A stretch of DNA of 21,886 nt from Myxococcota bacterium (lineage in GTDB: Bacteria > Myxococcota > XYA12-FULL-58-9 > JABJBS01), in the NCBI GenBank assembly GCA_036339465.1, contig JAYZAY010000065.1:1-21886 (forward strand), written 5' to 3'. Positions 9,394 through 18,098 of the stretch are shown one piece after another. Positions within the stretch are counted from its first letter, which is position 1; every line of letters starts with the position of its first letter. The position numbers and the translations under genes were made by a program. The notes under the pieces were generated by a model, which saw only the letters and a list, made by a program, of their open reading frames with translations, did not search any database and was not told the origin of the DNA.

Positions 9394-10557
9394 TCATTTG
9401 ATCCCCCCTAAACGACAAACTTCCAGAATCCGGCGAACTCGGTGTGTCATGGTATGTGCCTTAAGAATGCACTCTCGGGCTTGCTCTCCAATAACACGCA
9501 AACGCGCTTCTGGTTCCTTCTGCAATCTTTCCACAACATTGGCCAAATCAGTTGAGTTCTCGTAGGCGATAAAGTGCTCACCATCCTGAAAAAGACCTTC
9601 AACCGCAGCGTTTTTTTCACAGAGAACCAGTCCTCCGAGAGCCATCACGTCAAAAACCCTCATAGTGACAATGTCGCGTTGATAAATACGTGGCAAATCC
9701 AAATTCATGCGAGATACTGCGTAAAGGTTACTCAATTCATCGCCATGGGCAACGATACCGCGATAGAGAGAACCAAAACTCGACCATCCTAAATCTCCAT
9801 ACAAGGCTGGTCCCATGGGGACAATCGCTTTGACTCTTTGCGTTCGCAATCGCCATGCCAACCAACCATTCGCTCCCTCAACCCATTCACTAACCTCTCG
9901 TTCATCCTCAAACCCAGAAATCAACTCCTGGGGAATATCCGAAGCAAAAATCCCATAAAAATGGAGAAGTTCCCCGCGTTGTTGGAAGATTTCTTCCAGC
10001 CACAGCATATCCTTTCTCTCGCCACCTTTCTCCTTCCAACGCGCTTCCAAATGAAAAAAATCTTTTCGCAGAGAATTTCCAACGAAGCTTATGGGGCAGG
10101 CAAACCTCAACTGCAGTGAAGGAGTCAATTGCTCTATGTTCCTGCGAGAAATAGGAGCGGCCAAAGGCATAAATTCTCCCGTCAATCCCAACCCCGTTAG
10201 AACCTCTACGAAAGCGCGTCGATGAGCGAAATGAAAACCAAATTGTCTACCTTGGTCACCAAGTATCTTGCAACGTTTTGCGGGTAATGGATCCACAGTC
10301 CAAGAAACGTAAGGCACACCACATTCACCGGCTAAATAGGAGCATTCCGGACTAAAATTAATAGAGAAAAGCAGTGAGGGGCTTACCTCTTTCACGCAGG
10401 CCTTGAAGGAATCAACCGTTAACTCTTTAGGAGACAGCCAAAAAACCTCCGCACCTTCGGCTTCAAAGACCTTCCCAACATCTTTGGCAAAAAGCTGGTA
10501 TTCAAGCAGAAGAATTCGGTATCCTCGAGCCAACATTCTTAATTCATCCCAAACCAT
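9394..10557 (-). CDS. CgeB-like glycosyltransferase (DUF3880-like N-terminus plus Glyco_trans_1_2, GT-B fold)
   Basis: LFSINF, YVSWTVDP, FMPLAA, ISFVGN, LYGDLGW, LYAVSRMNL, TMRVFDVMALGG, HTMTHRV. Start uncertain: ATG 10557 overlapping the DUF971 stop, or ATG 10536. Confidence 0.85.
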   Translation of the reverse strand: MVWDELRMLARGYRILLLEYQLFAKDVGKVFEAEGAEVFWLSPKELTVDSFKACVKEVSPSLLFSINFSPECSYLAGECGVPYVSWTVDPLPAKRCKILGDQGRQFGFHFAHRRAFVEVLTGLGLTGEFMPLAAPISRRNIEQLTPSLQLRFACPISFVGNSLRKDFFHLEARWKEKGGERKDMLWLEEIFQQRGELLHFYGIFASDIPQELISGFEDEREVSEWVEGANGWLAWRLRTQRVKAIVPMGPALYGDLGWSSFGSLYRGIVAHGDELSNLYAVSRMNLDLPRIYQRDIVTMRVFDVMALGGLVLCEKNAAVEGLFQDGEHFIAYENSTDLANVVERLQKEPEARLRVIGEQARECILKAHTMTHRVRRILEVCRLGGIK

Positions 10558-10915
10558 AACCCGGTGGTAACACTTGAGAAACGTGGTTCTCTCCCACACT
10601 CTCCCGGCACTCGACACAGGGGCAAAGTTCCCTCAGTGTTTCCCAAGAGTATATCCCGGTAGAATGACCATTGTTCCACCGCAGAGAAACCGCGTAATGC
10701 CCCACCGCTTCCACAAGTTCCAATGCCAAACTCTCCTCTGACTCTATGAAAGTCCAATCCCCTCCTCCGTGCCCCTGGCAATGAGCACAGGGACAAAATC
10801 CCCTCAGATACCACCATGGATAATCACCACAATGACCATCACTCCACCGAATCACCATGGTTTTTTCAGGACGTAAAACTTCCATTTCCTCTGGTTCTGG
10901 TTTCAATACATGCAT
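10544..10915 (-). CDS. DUF971 / GBBH-like N-terminal domain protein (putative metal-binding)
   Basis: IRWSDGH, YLRGFCPCAHC, VGHYAV, WNNGHSTGIYSWETLR; second CPCVEC at the C-terminus. Confidence 0.9.
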   Translation of the reverse strand: MHVLKPEPEEMEVLRPEKTMVIRWSDGHCGDYPWWYLRGFCPCAHCQGHGGGDWTFIESEESLALELVEAVGHYAVSLRWNNGHSTGIYSWETLRELCPCVECRESVGENHVSQVLPPGYGLG

Positions 10916-11265
10916 CGCTCGCCCTATCCTATCTCTCGTGGTTTCATACCTAACTTAACGTGCCGTTCAAGCGGGTTCCCTCTACCCCATAACGCACCAT
11001 AAACCAAAAAGAGCAACGCCCCGAAAGCTTGAATACCTATCTAGAAGTAAGTATTCAGTCTACGCGGTAAGAAGCAAGAGCTCTCACCTCAAGATAACAT
11101 GGAGAAACATTGGGAAGACAACGTCCGAGCCAAGACCTCCCCAAGGAGCAATCATGGGGAAGAAAGATTGCCAATCGCGATATGTCAACGCACCAATTCC
11201 TTGACTTTAAGAGAGGCGGAATGCTTTTTCCCACTTGAGCTTCAGTTGAAAAAGGGGAACCTATT

Positions 11266-12126
11266 ATGTCTCAACCAGCAATCGTCACCTGTGCTCTCAC
11301 TGGCGTACTCACCAATCCGACCCAACATCCAGTGCCTGTAACCCCCAAAGAAATGGCCCTAGAAACCCGACGCGCCTACGATGCCGGGGCGAGCATTGTG
11401 CATATTCATTTTAGACAACAAGCCGAGGGTCTCGGTCACCTCCCTTCGTGGGAACCGGAAATTGCCACTGCCATCACCCAAGCCATTCGTGACGAGGTCC
11501 CAGACATTATTATCAACATGTCCACGGGGGTCCTCGGCGCTGATATCTCGGGCCCACTCAGCTGCCTAGCGGCAACAAAACCCGAATACGCGGCGTGTAA
11601 TGCCGGAAGTATGAACTATCTGAAGCTCCGGTCCAACAAAAGCTGGGCTTGGCCACCCATGCTATTTGATAACCCCGTGGAAAAAATAGAAGCCTATGCC
11701 AAAGCCATGAAAGAAGTCGGAACACGACCCGAATTTGAATGTTTTGACACAGGTCATATCCGCTCCGTACACATGTTTCACCAATCGGGTCTCACCGAGG
11801 CGCCCTCATTTAATTTTGTCATGGGCATAGCCAGTGGGATGCCCCTCGAGCCCGAGTGGTTGCCGCTTCTACTAAAATTGAAAACCCCAAACGCTCCGTG
11901 GCAGGTCACCGCCATCGGCAGAGCCGATGTTTGGCCGGTCCACCGAAAAGCAGCCAGCCTCGGCGGAAACCTACGAACGGGACTTGAGGACACTTTCTAC
12001 TTACCTTCCGGAGATAAGGCTTCATCAAACGGAGAACTGGTTCAGAGTTTGGTAACCATGGCCGAAGAAGAAGGCCGGATAATTGCCAGCCCTGAACAAG
12101 CGCGCACACGCCTAAATCTTCGCTGA
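11266..12126 (+). CDS. Beta-keto acid cleavage enzyme (BKACE / DUF849, Kce family)
   Basis: IVTCALTG, PVTPKEMA, AGASIVHIHFR (Zn-binding HxH), NMSTG, NAGSMN, PEFECFD, GGNLRTGLED, SNGELV. SD AAGGGG upstream. Confidence 0.93.
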   Translation: MSQPAIVTCALTGVLTNPTQHPVPVTPKEMALETRRAYDAGASIVHIHFRQQAEGLGHLPSWEPEIATAITQAIRDEVPDIIINMSTGVLGADISGPLSCLAATKPEYAACNAGSMNYLKLRSNKSWAWPPMLFDNPVEKIEAYAKAMKEVGTRPEFECFDTGHIRSVHMFHQSGLTEAPSFNFVMGIASGMPLEPEWLPLLLKLKTPNAPWQVTAIGRADVWPVHRKAASLGGNLRTGLEDTFYLPSGDKASSNGELVQSLVTMAEEEGRIIASPEQARTRLNLR

Positions 12127-12156
12127 ATAGCCCCGCCGAAAACAACGGTGTTAAGC

Positions 12157-12165
12157 TGCTATAAT
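12157..12165 (+). promoter_or_regulatory. Extended -10 element, candidate promoter for DUF1802-FIST
   Basis: Perfect TGnTATAAT (TGCTATAAT) in the 280-nt intergenic region; no recognisable -35. Confidence 0.4.
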
Positions 12166-12406
12166 TATTATGTTTTCATTGTTTTTCATTCCCCTTCATC
12201 TGAATCTTTCTCCCCCCAAAAAGCCCATATGGAAAAAATGGTGACCTGAAAGCGCGCATCCTCCCCCATGAAGACCCCATTCAAATCCTATCAACGAGAC
12301 CCTACACCAAAAAGCAACACGAGGATTCTTTAGCGCTTGGAGATTTTGTTTTCGGTACAAAAGCCGCTACACTGACAGGAAGGATAAATGGATAGGGGAT
12401 CTCATC

Positions 12407-12985
12407 ATGCTAGAACCTGAAATCAATAAGGGACTGAGAGAATGGTCGGTGGCCTGCGAAGCAATTCGCCAAGGACAGCAGGTATTTCTGCTTCGAAAAG
12501 GAGGGTTGAATCAACCAAATAAACCCGAAAATGTCGTTCCAGAGCAACCCTTTGCTTTCGTTCCAAACTACCAATTTCAGAATCAAATGGCCATCAAACC
12601 CGAGGCTTGTCGTCTGTATCGGCCGCAACTCCAAGCTTCAGAAGATGATACCAAGGTGGAAATCACAACTGTGGGGGTAATAACGGAATCCATGAGCATT
12701 GAGAATCCAGTGCAAGCGCATCGACTCTGGGAACGACATGTCTGGACAGCAGATTACCTCACCGAGCGAATTAATACCCGGCCTGAATTGAAATTACACC
12801 TTATGTACGTTCGCGCCTATGCCCTACCTGAACCCATCACCATCGAAAGACCAGAGCCCCTAAATAAATTGGTATCGTGGATCGATCTACCCTGCACAAT
12901 CAACACGCAAAATGCAAAACCGGTACTCCAGGATCCACAATACAGATTGGCGCGCCGTTTGGTTCGAGAGTTGATGGAAGCATAA
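12407..12985 (+). CDS. DUF1802 family protein
   Basis: N-terminal LREWSVACEAIRQGQQVFLLRKGGL matches the family pattern; also HVWT, VRAYAL, SWIDL and PVL. Confidence 0.85.
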   Translation: MLEPEINKGLREWSVACEAIRQGQQVFLLRKGGLNQPNKPENVVPEQPFAFVPNYQFQNQMAIKPEACRLYRPQLQASEDDTKVEITTVGVITESMSIENPVQAHRLWERHVWTADYLTERINTRPELKLHLMYVRAYALPEPITIERPEPLNKLVSWIDLPCTINTQNAKPVLQDPQYRLARRLVRELMEA

Positions 12986-13029
12986 AACCAACCTCAAAAT
13001 TACTTCAGCATCCATAGATAAAATAGAAC

Positions 13030-14115
13030 ATGCAATCTGCACACCTTTGTTTGTCGTCCCTCCATTCCTGGGAAAAAGCCGTAGAAGCGATCACCCTTGA
13101 ACTCGATGGATTAGGATTTCAACCCGAACTCGCTTTCCTCTATATCACCGACCACTTTGTCGATTATGGTGAGTCCATTCGCCATTCACTGCAATCACGC
13201 CTACAGTGCCCACTATCGGGCACCGTCGGAATAGGCATCTGTGGTAAGGGCAAATTACTATTCGACCAACCAGGAATCGGACTTCTCGTTTTAACCTGCC
13301 CTAAGGAACTGTATCGCGAAGTCGACTCAACTCTTTCGGTCAGCGACTTCATAAACTCTGTTAAAGAAACCGAGAATCCGATTCTCCACTGCTCGCCCCA
13401 AAGTAGCCAAGAGCTATTCGATACCAATCATTTACCCGGCTTTATGCTAGGGGGCTTATCATCCTCCCGGCGCTCCTTTCTGCAATTCCATTCCTATGGT
13501 AGCTCCTACCACGGCTTAACTGGGTTCGTTTTTTCAGAGAAAGCCCGACTAGGAGCCGGCCTCTCCCAAGGATGCCGAATTCTAGATTCCAACCATACCG
13601 TCACAAAGCTTGACGCCTCCACACTCGCTGAGCTTGATAACCTCCCCGCATTGGACGTCCTCATGGATGCCATGAAGCTGAACACCTTTGATGAGCTGGT
13701 TCCCTACGCGAATCAACTCTTTGCTGCAATTCCCCTCCCAAATCGCGACATCGAAGATTATGTCGTTCGCCAATTCTTAACCATCGACCCCGCATCCAAA
13801 ATGATTGAAGTTGCCCACCCCATGCATATTGGCGACACCCTAAGATTCGCACTGCGCTCTGAAGAAACCGCAATTGAATCAATGGAATCCATGCTAAGAA
13901 AACTGAAAAATCAATTTGATACAAAACCCTATGCTGGGCTTTATTTTTCCTGCGTTGGCAGAGGCCCATTTCTATTCGATGGTGAGGCTAAAGAAGTTGA
14001 ACTCATCGACAAATTTTTTCCTGATCTTCCGTGGTTGGGTTTTTTCAGCAATGGGGAATTATACAATGATCAGCTCTATACCTATACAGGTGTCCTTTGC
14101 CTGCTACATGAGTAA
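13030..14115 (+). CDS. Stand-alone FIST sensor protein (FIST_N plus FIST_C, NosP-like)
   Basis: LSGTVGIGICG, GGLSS, LSQGCR, ELDNLPALDVL, DYVVR, YFSCVGRG, GFFSNGE, LYTYTGV. Confidence 0.9.
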   Translation: MQSAHLCLSSLHSWEKAVEAITLELDGLGFQPELAFLYITDHFVDYGESIRHSLQSRLQCPLSGTVGIGICGKGKLLFDQPGIGLLVLTCPKELYREVDSTLSVSDFINSVKETENPILHCSPQSSQELFDTNHLPGFMLGGLSSSRRSFLQFHSYGSSYHGLTGFVFSEKARLGAGLSQGCRILDSNHTVTKLDASTLAELDNLPALDVLMDAMKLNTFDELVPYANQLFAAIPLPNRDIEDYVVRQFLTIDPASKMIEVAHPMHIGDTLRFALRSEETAIESMESMLRKLKNQFDTKPYAGLYFSCVGRGPFLFDGEAKEVELIDKFFPDLPWLGFFSNGELYNDQLYTYTGVLCLLHE

Positions 14116-14217
14116 CCAGTGATTCACCGAAATTTCGTGATATTTAACAAAGTCAGTAGAGCCCATAACCAACAGGGAAAATAGATGAGATCTAGATTCC
14201 AATCCTATGGCGTATTC

Positions 14218-14781
14218 CTAAAGCATACCTGTCTCTAATCGAGCTACTTCAGACATTCTTTCCGGCGACCATGGTGGATCAAATGTAAGTTCAACATCGA
14301 CTTCGCTTACCCCTGGTAATTGTTCAACTTTCCTCTTCACATCATCCTGCAAGACCTGGCCCATCCCACAGCCTGGTGCGGTAAGAGTCATGGTGACCTT
14401 AATGAAAGCACCTGTTTCGCCCAGAGTCATGGACATATCGTAAATAAGGCCGAGCTCAACAATGTTCACCGGAATTTCTGGGTCGTAGCACTTGCGGATC
14501 TGGATCCACACATGCTCTTCTGTGATCATCTCACCTTCAGCAATAGGAAGCTGTGCGTCTGCCGGTACTTGTTTTCCAATAACCTCCGCATCGTTACCGG
14601 AAACCCGATACATCGCCCCATATGCATTCCGGATGGTGAAATCCCCCCCCATTTCATGAACTAAGATATACGACCGTCCCTCTTCCAGTACGGTTACCGT
14701 ACCTTCAGGAATCTCAATCACCTTGAGGGCTCCACTCAACGTTACCTCGTCGTCTACCAATTTTACATAGCCACTTGACAT
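14218..14781 (-). CDS. sufT: Fe-S cluster assembly protein SufT, long form (DUF59 with N-terminal extension)
   Basis: CYDPEIPVNIVELGLIY, MTLTAPGCGMG, FDPPW; N-terminal extension IPEG...GGDFT...MYRVSG. Start set to ATG 14781, 1 nt after the sufS stop. Confidence 0.93.
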   Translation of the reverse strand: MSSGYVKLVDDEVTLSGALKVIEIPEGTVTVLEEGRSYILVHEMGGDFTIRNAYGAMYRVSGNDAEVIGKQVPADAQLPIAEGEMITEEHVWIQIRKCYDPEIPVNIVELGLIYDMSMTLGETGAFIKVTMTLTAPGCGMGQVLQDDVKRKVEQLPGVSEVDVELTFDPPWSPERMSEVARLETGML

Positions 14782-14782
14782 A

Positions 14783-16009
14783 TCAATTTCCAAACATTCG
14801 CTGGACTTTGTGAAGCCCATGAATCAATTTATCGATCTCGTCTTTTGTATTGTAAACAGCAAAAGAAGCTCGAATCGTTGCGGGAATCGCAAAGCGCTCC
14901 ATCAGAGGCTGAGTGCAATGATGTCCAGTACGAACAGCAATCCCCTCGTGGTCCAAGAGGGTTGCGGCATCATGAGGGTGGATTCCATCCATAACAAATG
15001 AACAAACAGCCGCCTTATTTGCCGCAGTACCAATCATCCTCAACCCACCGATATCTTCCAAGGCTGCGGTCGCATATTGAAGAAGGTCTTGTTCGACAGC
15101 ACCAATGAACTCGTAACCAACTTCGTCTACAAAATCCAAAGCACTGGCAAAAGCGATACCGCCCGCGATATTTGGCGTTCCTGCTTCAAACTTATGGGGC
15201 AAATCATTGTAAGTCGTCTTGGCGAATGTCACCTTTCGAATCATATCCCCACCCCCTTGATAAGGAGGCATCTCATCTAAAAGCTCTCTTCTGCCGTATA
15301 GAACCCCAAACCCCGTCGGTCCGTATAATTTATGGGAAGAAAACGCGTAAAAATCACAATCGAGATCCCGCACATCCACAGATTGATGAGGAACTGCTTG
15401 GGCCCCATCCAAAAGCACTTTTGCACCCACTGCATGGGCCTTCTCGGTAATCTCTTTAACGGGATTGATGGTACCCAATGAGTTTGAGACGTGAACCACC
15501 GATACAAGCTTCGTTCTCTCTGAGAGCAATGCTTCATAAGCAATCATATCGAGTTCACCTGCATCGTTGACCGGCACAACTTTCAATACTGCACCCACCC
15601 GTTCACACAACAATTGCCATGGAACAATATTGCTGTGGTGCTCCATATAAGAAATAATGACCTCATCACCCGCCCCAAGATGAGATCCAAATGCATTAGC
15701 AACAAGATTAATCCCCTCGGTGGTACCACGAACAAAGATAATTTCCTCAGAGTATCGTGCATTTAGAAAGGTCTGAGTTTTCTTTCTCGTCGCCTCATAC
15801 AATTCTGTAGAGCGTTCGCTCAAAGTATGCACACCTCGGTGAATGTTGGCACAATCCTCATCATAAAAACGCCGTAGGCTTTCCACCACGCGACGAGGTG
15901 TTTGCGCCGTAGCCGCGTTATCAAAATAAACGAGTTTCTGCCCATTGACTTCCTGGCTTAAAACAGGAAATTCTTGTCTTATTTTCTCCACCATCGAAGT
16001 AAATGTCAT
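14783..16009 (-). CDS. sufS: Cysteine desulfurase SufS (group II)
   Basis: VYFDNAAT, ANIHRGVH, MEHHSNIVPWQ, FSSHKLYGP (PLP Lys), FEAGTP, RTGHHC (catalytic Cys). Confidence 0.97.
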   Translation of the reverse strand: MTFTSMVEKIRQEFPVLSQEVNGQKLVYFDNAATAQTPRRVVESLRRFYDEDCANIHRGVHTLSERSTELYEATRKKTQTFLNARYSEEIIFVRGTTEGINLVANAFGSHLGAGDEVIISYMEHHSNIVPWQLLCERVGAVLKVVPVNDAGELDMIAYEALLSERTKLVSVVHVSNSLGTINPVKEITEKAHAVGAKVLLDGAQAVPHQSVDVRDLDCDFYAFSSHKLYGPTGFGVLYGRRELLDEMPPYQGGGDMIRKVTFAKTTYNDLPHKFEAGTPNIAGGIAFASALDFVDEVGYEFIGAVEQDLLQYATAALEDIGGLRMIGTAANKAAVCSFVMDGIHPHDAATLLDHEGIAVRTGHHCTQPLMERFAIPATIRASFAVYNTKDEIDKLIHGLHKVQRMFGN

Positions 16010-16018
16010 TTTCGTTTC

Positions 16019-17296
16019 CTATGCCTCACCTAGAGATTCTGCAATCCTAGCTTCAGCTTTGGCCATCAACCAACTAGAAACCTCCCTATTCGACAAATGC
16101 GAAAAAAGTTCCGCCACAAATGCTTTCGTCAATTCAGCTCTGGCCTTGGCTTCTGTAAATCCTCGAGATCTCAAATAGAAAACTTGGGATTCATCAAGCT
16201 GCCCCACGGTCGACCCATGAGCGCATTTTACATCATCGGCATAAATCTCTAGCTGAGGCCTCGAATTAGCAACCGCACCTTGAGATAAAAGAAGATTTCG
16301 ATTGGTTTGCACTGCATCTGTCTTTTGGGCCTCCGCATCAACAAAGACGTAGCCGTAAAATGCCGAAGACGATTTTCCTCCCAAAACCCCCTTCACATAT
16401 TCATGACTTGTAGTGTTCGTTGCCATATGTCGAATCTCCGACATGAAATCCGAATGCTCATTTCTGGAAGTAATTTGTAACCCATCCAAGAAACATTCTG
16501 CTCCAGAGCCGATTAAATCAGCTTCAAAGCTCACGCGTGAAACAGCGGAACCAAACCCGTAGTAGGAACCACGAAAATAGCCATCGCGTCCTACGGAAAC
16601 CCGAGTCGAATCAATATGCGTTTCTTGGTTTTCTTCATATTTGAGATAATTGAGTCGCCCGCCAGGCTTTACCCAAATATCTGTCGCGAGATTAACCATC
16701 GCCTTTTGACATGCGACTCCCCGATGAATGTTCATCACTTGGAGTTCCTGGCCCGTCTGAACCTCGATCATAACTCGTGGGGAAGCAATCATCGCCTCTT
16801 CAGCCGAAGTCCAAACAAAATCAAGAATGACCTCATCAAAAGCACCCTTTAGAGACTCTGATCGAATCGTCACAACGTGGTCGAGAAAAGCCCCATTTAA
16901 CGCTCTAAAGGGATGAGAGGAAATGTCACCGCCATCGAGCCTCTCCTCCAACCACGTCGATTCTTCGCCAAAAGCATCAAGCCCCAGGGAAGATAAATCA
17001 ACACCACCACTTTCAACCGTTTTCAGCTTCCCATTGAGGAATGAACAGCAGAGAGTGCGCTTATGGGTCTTGAACCTTAATGACGTGAAGATCTCCGAAG
17101 ACACCTCGGATTTTGGAAGCGAATAACACAAATCACGAAGGTGGTTCAGATCCATATATCGCCAAGTTTCGGACTTGGTCGTGGGAAAACCAAGCTCCTC
17201 AAACTTCCGATAGTTGTGATCCCGAAAATCACTTAACCACGTCGGATCCATAGACCGATTGGTTTTGAACTCCTGCTGAAGAATATCGAACATCAT
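16019..17296 (-). CDS. sufD: Fe-S cluster assembly protein SufD
   Basis: GFPTTKSETWRY, AQKTDA, NRNLLLS, PQLEIYADDVKCAHGSTVGQLD, FYLRSRG; lies between sufC and sufS. Confidence 0.95.
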   Translation of the reverse strand: MMFDILQQEFKTNRSMDPTWLSDFRDHNYRKFEELGFPTTKSETWRYMDLNHLRDLCYSLPKSEVSSEIFTSLRFKTHKRTLCCSFLNGKLKTVESGGVDLSSLGLDAFGEESTWLEERLDGGDISSHPFRALNGAFLDHVVTIRSESLKGAFDEVILDFVWTSAEEAMIASPRVMIEVQTGQELQVMNIHRGVACQKAMVNLATDIWVKPGGRLNYLKYEENQETHIDSTRVSVGRDGYFRGSYYGFGSAVSRVSFEADLIGSGAECFLDGLQITSRNEHSDFMSEIRHMATNTTSHEYVKGVLGGKSSSAFYGYVFVDAEAQKTDAVQTNRNLLLSQGAVANSRPQLEIYADDVKCAHGSTVGQLDESQVFYLRSRGFTEAKARAELTKAFVAELFSHLSNREVSSWLMAKAEARIAESLGEA

Positions 17297-17321
17297 ACTC
17301 TACCTTCATCACTCACGAAAT

Positions 17322-18074
17322 TTATGCAGCCGGTAGGCTCTCTATCCAACTGTAACCCTTATCTTCCAACTCCAAAGCCAAACTCTTATCACCGGAACGA
17401 ACAATTTTCCCTCCCGACATGACGTGCACATGATCCGGCTGAATATAGTCTAAGAGCCGTTGATAATGGGTCACAACAATAAAGGCTCTATCCGCTGAGC
17501 GTAATCGGTTGACCCCATCGGCAACCACCTTTAAGGCATCGATATCCAGTCCAGAATCCGTTTCATCCAAAATCGCCAACTTCGGTCGTAAAACAGACAT
17601 TTGCAATATCTCGTTTCGCTTTTTTTCCCCGCCAGAAAAACCTTCATTAACAGGGCGCTCGAGATACTTCTTATCCATATGTAGCTCTCCCATGAGCCCC
17701 CGAATCAATTTCATAAATTTCACCGCATCCAATTCCGGCTCACCACGATATTTGAGTTGCGCATTCAAGGCCGCCCGTAAAAAATACATATTGTTCACAC
17801 CTGGAATCTCAACCGGATATTGAAACGCCAAGAAGATCCCTTCGCAAGCCCGTTCTTCGGGCGCCAAATCCAATAGGTCCTTGCCGAAATAACGCACCGA
17901 ACCCTCCGTTACATCATATCCATCACGGCCTGAAAGCACGTGGGCGGTGGTACTCTTGCCAGAACCGTTGGGTCCCATAATGGCATGCACTTCACCTGGC
18001 GCGACCTCAAGATTCAAACCTTTGAGAATCTCAGTCCCACCCGCATTCACATGTAAATTATTGATTGAAAGCAT
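17322..18074 (-). CDS. sufC: Fe-S cluster assembly ATPase SufC
   Basis: GPNGSGKST, FLAFQYPVEIPGV, NEGFSGGEKKRNE, ILDETDSGLDIDAL, VTHYQRLL. Start set to ATG 18074 with GGGAG SD. Confidence 0.98.
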   Translation of the reverse strand: MLSINNLHVNAGGTEILKGLNLEVAPGEVHAIMGPNGSGKSTTAHVLSGRDGYDVTEGSVRYFGKDLLDLAPEERACEGIFLAFQYPVEIPGVNNMYFLRAALNAQLKYRGEPELDAVKFMKLIRGLMGELHMDKKYLERPVNEGFSGGEKKRNEILQMSVLRPKLAILDETDSGLDIDALKVVADGVNRLRSADRAFIVVTHYQRLLDYIQPDHVHVMSGGKIVRSGDKSLALELEDKGYSWIESLPAA

Positions 18075-18098
18075 TGATCTCTCCCTACCCATTCTAAC

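Noticed and set aside
11110..11142. TGGGAAG...GAGCCAAGACCTCCC resembling the 3' end of a cobalamin riboswitch
   Set aside because: The upstream core (AGGGAA, GGTG..AATCC, GCCCCCGCAACTGT, GCCACTG) is absent and the B12 box is short. An Rfam scan would settle it.
11099..11341. 80-aa ORF upstream of BKACE
   Set aside because: Overlaps BKACE by 76 nt out of frame, with no clear SD or motifs.
14124..14140. Imperfect palindrome TCACCGAAATTTCGTGA between convergent FIST and sufT as a terminator
   Set aside because: AT-rich core, no proper loop and no U-tract on either strand.
14782..14820. Longer ORF-track starts for sufT (14820), and likewise sufC (18092), Rrf2 (20041), yggX (9066) and the glycosyltransferase (10617)
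   Set aside because: Downstream ATGs fit family N-termini, SD position or gene spacing better.
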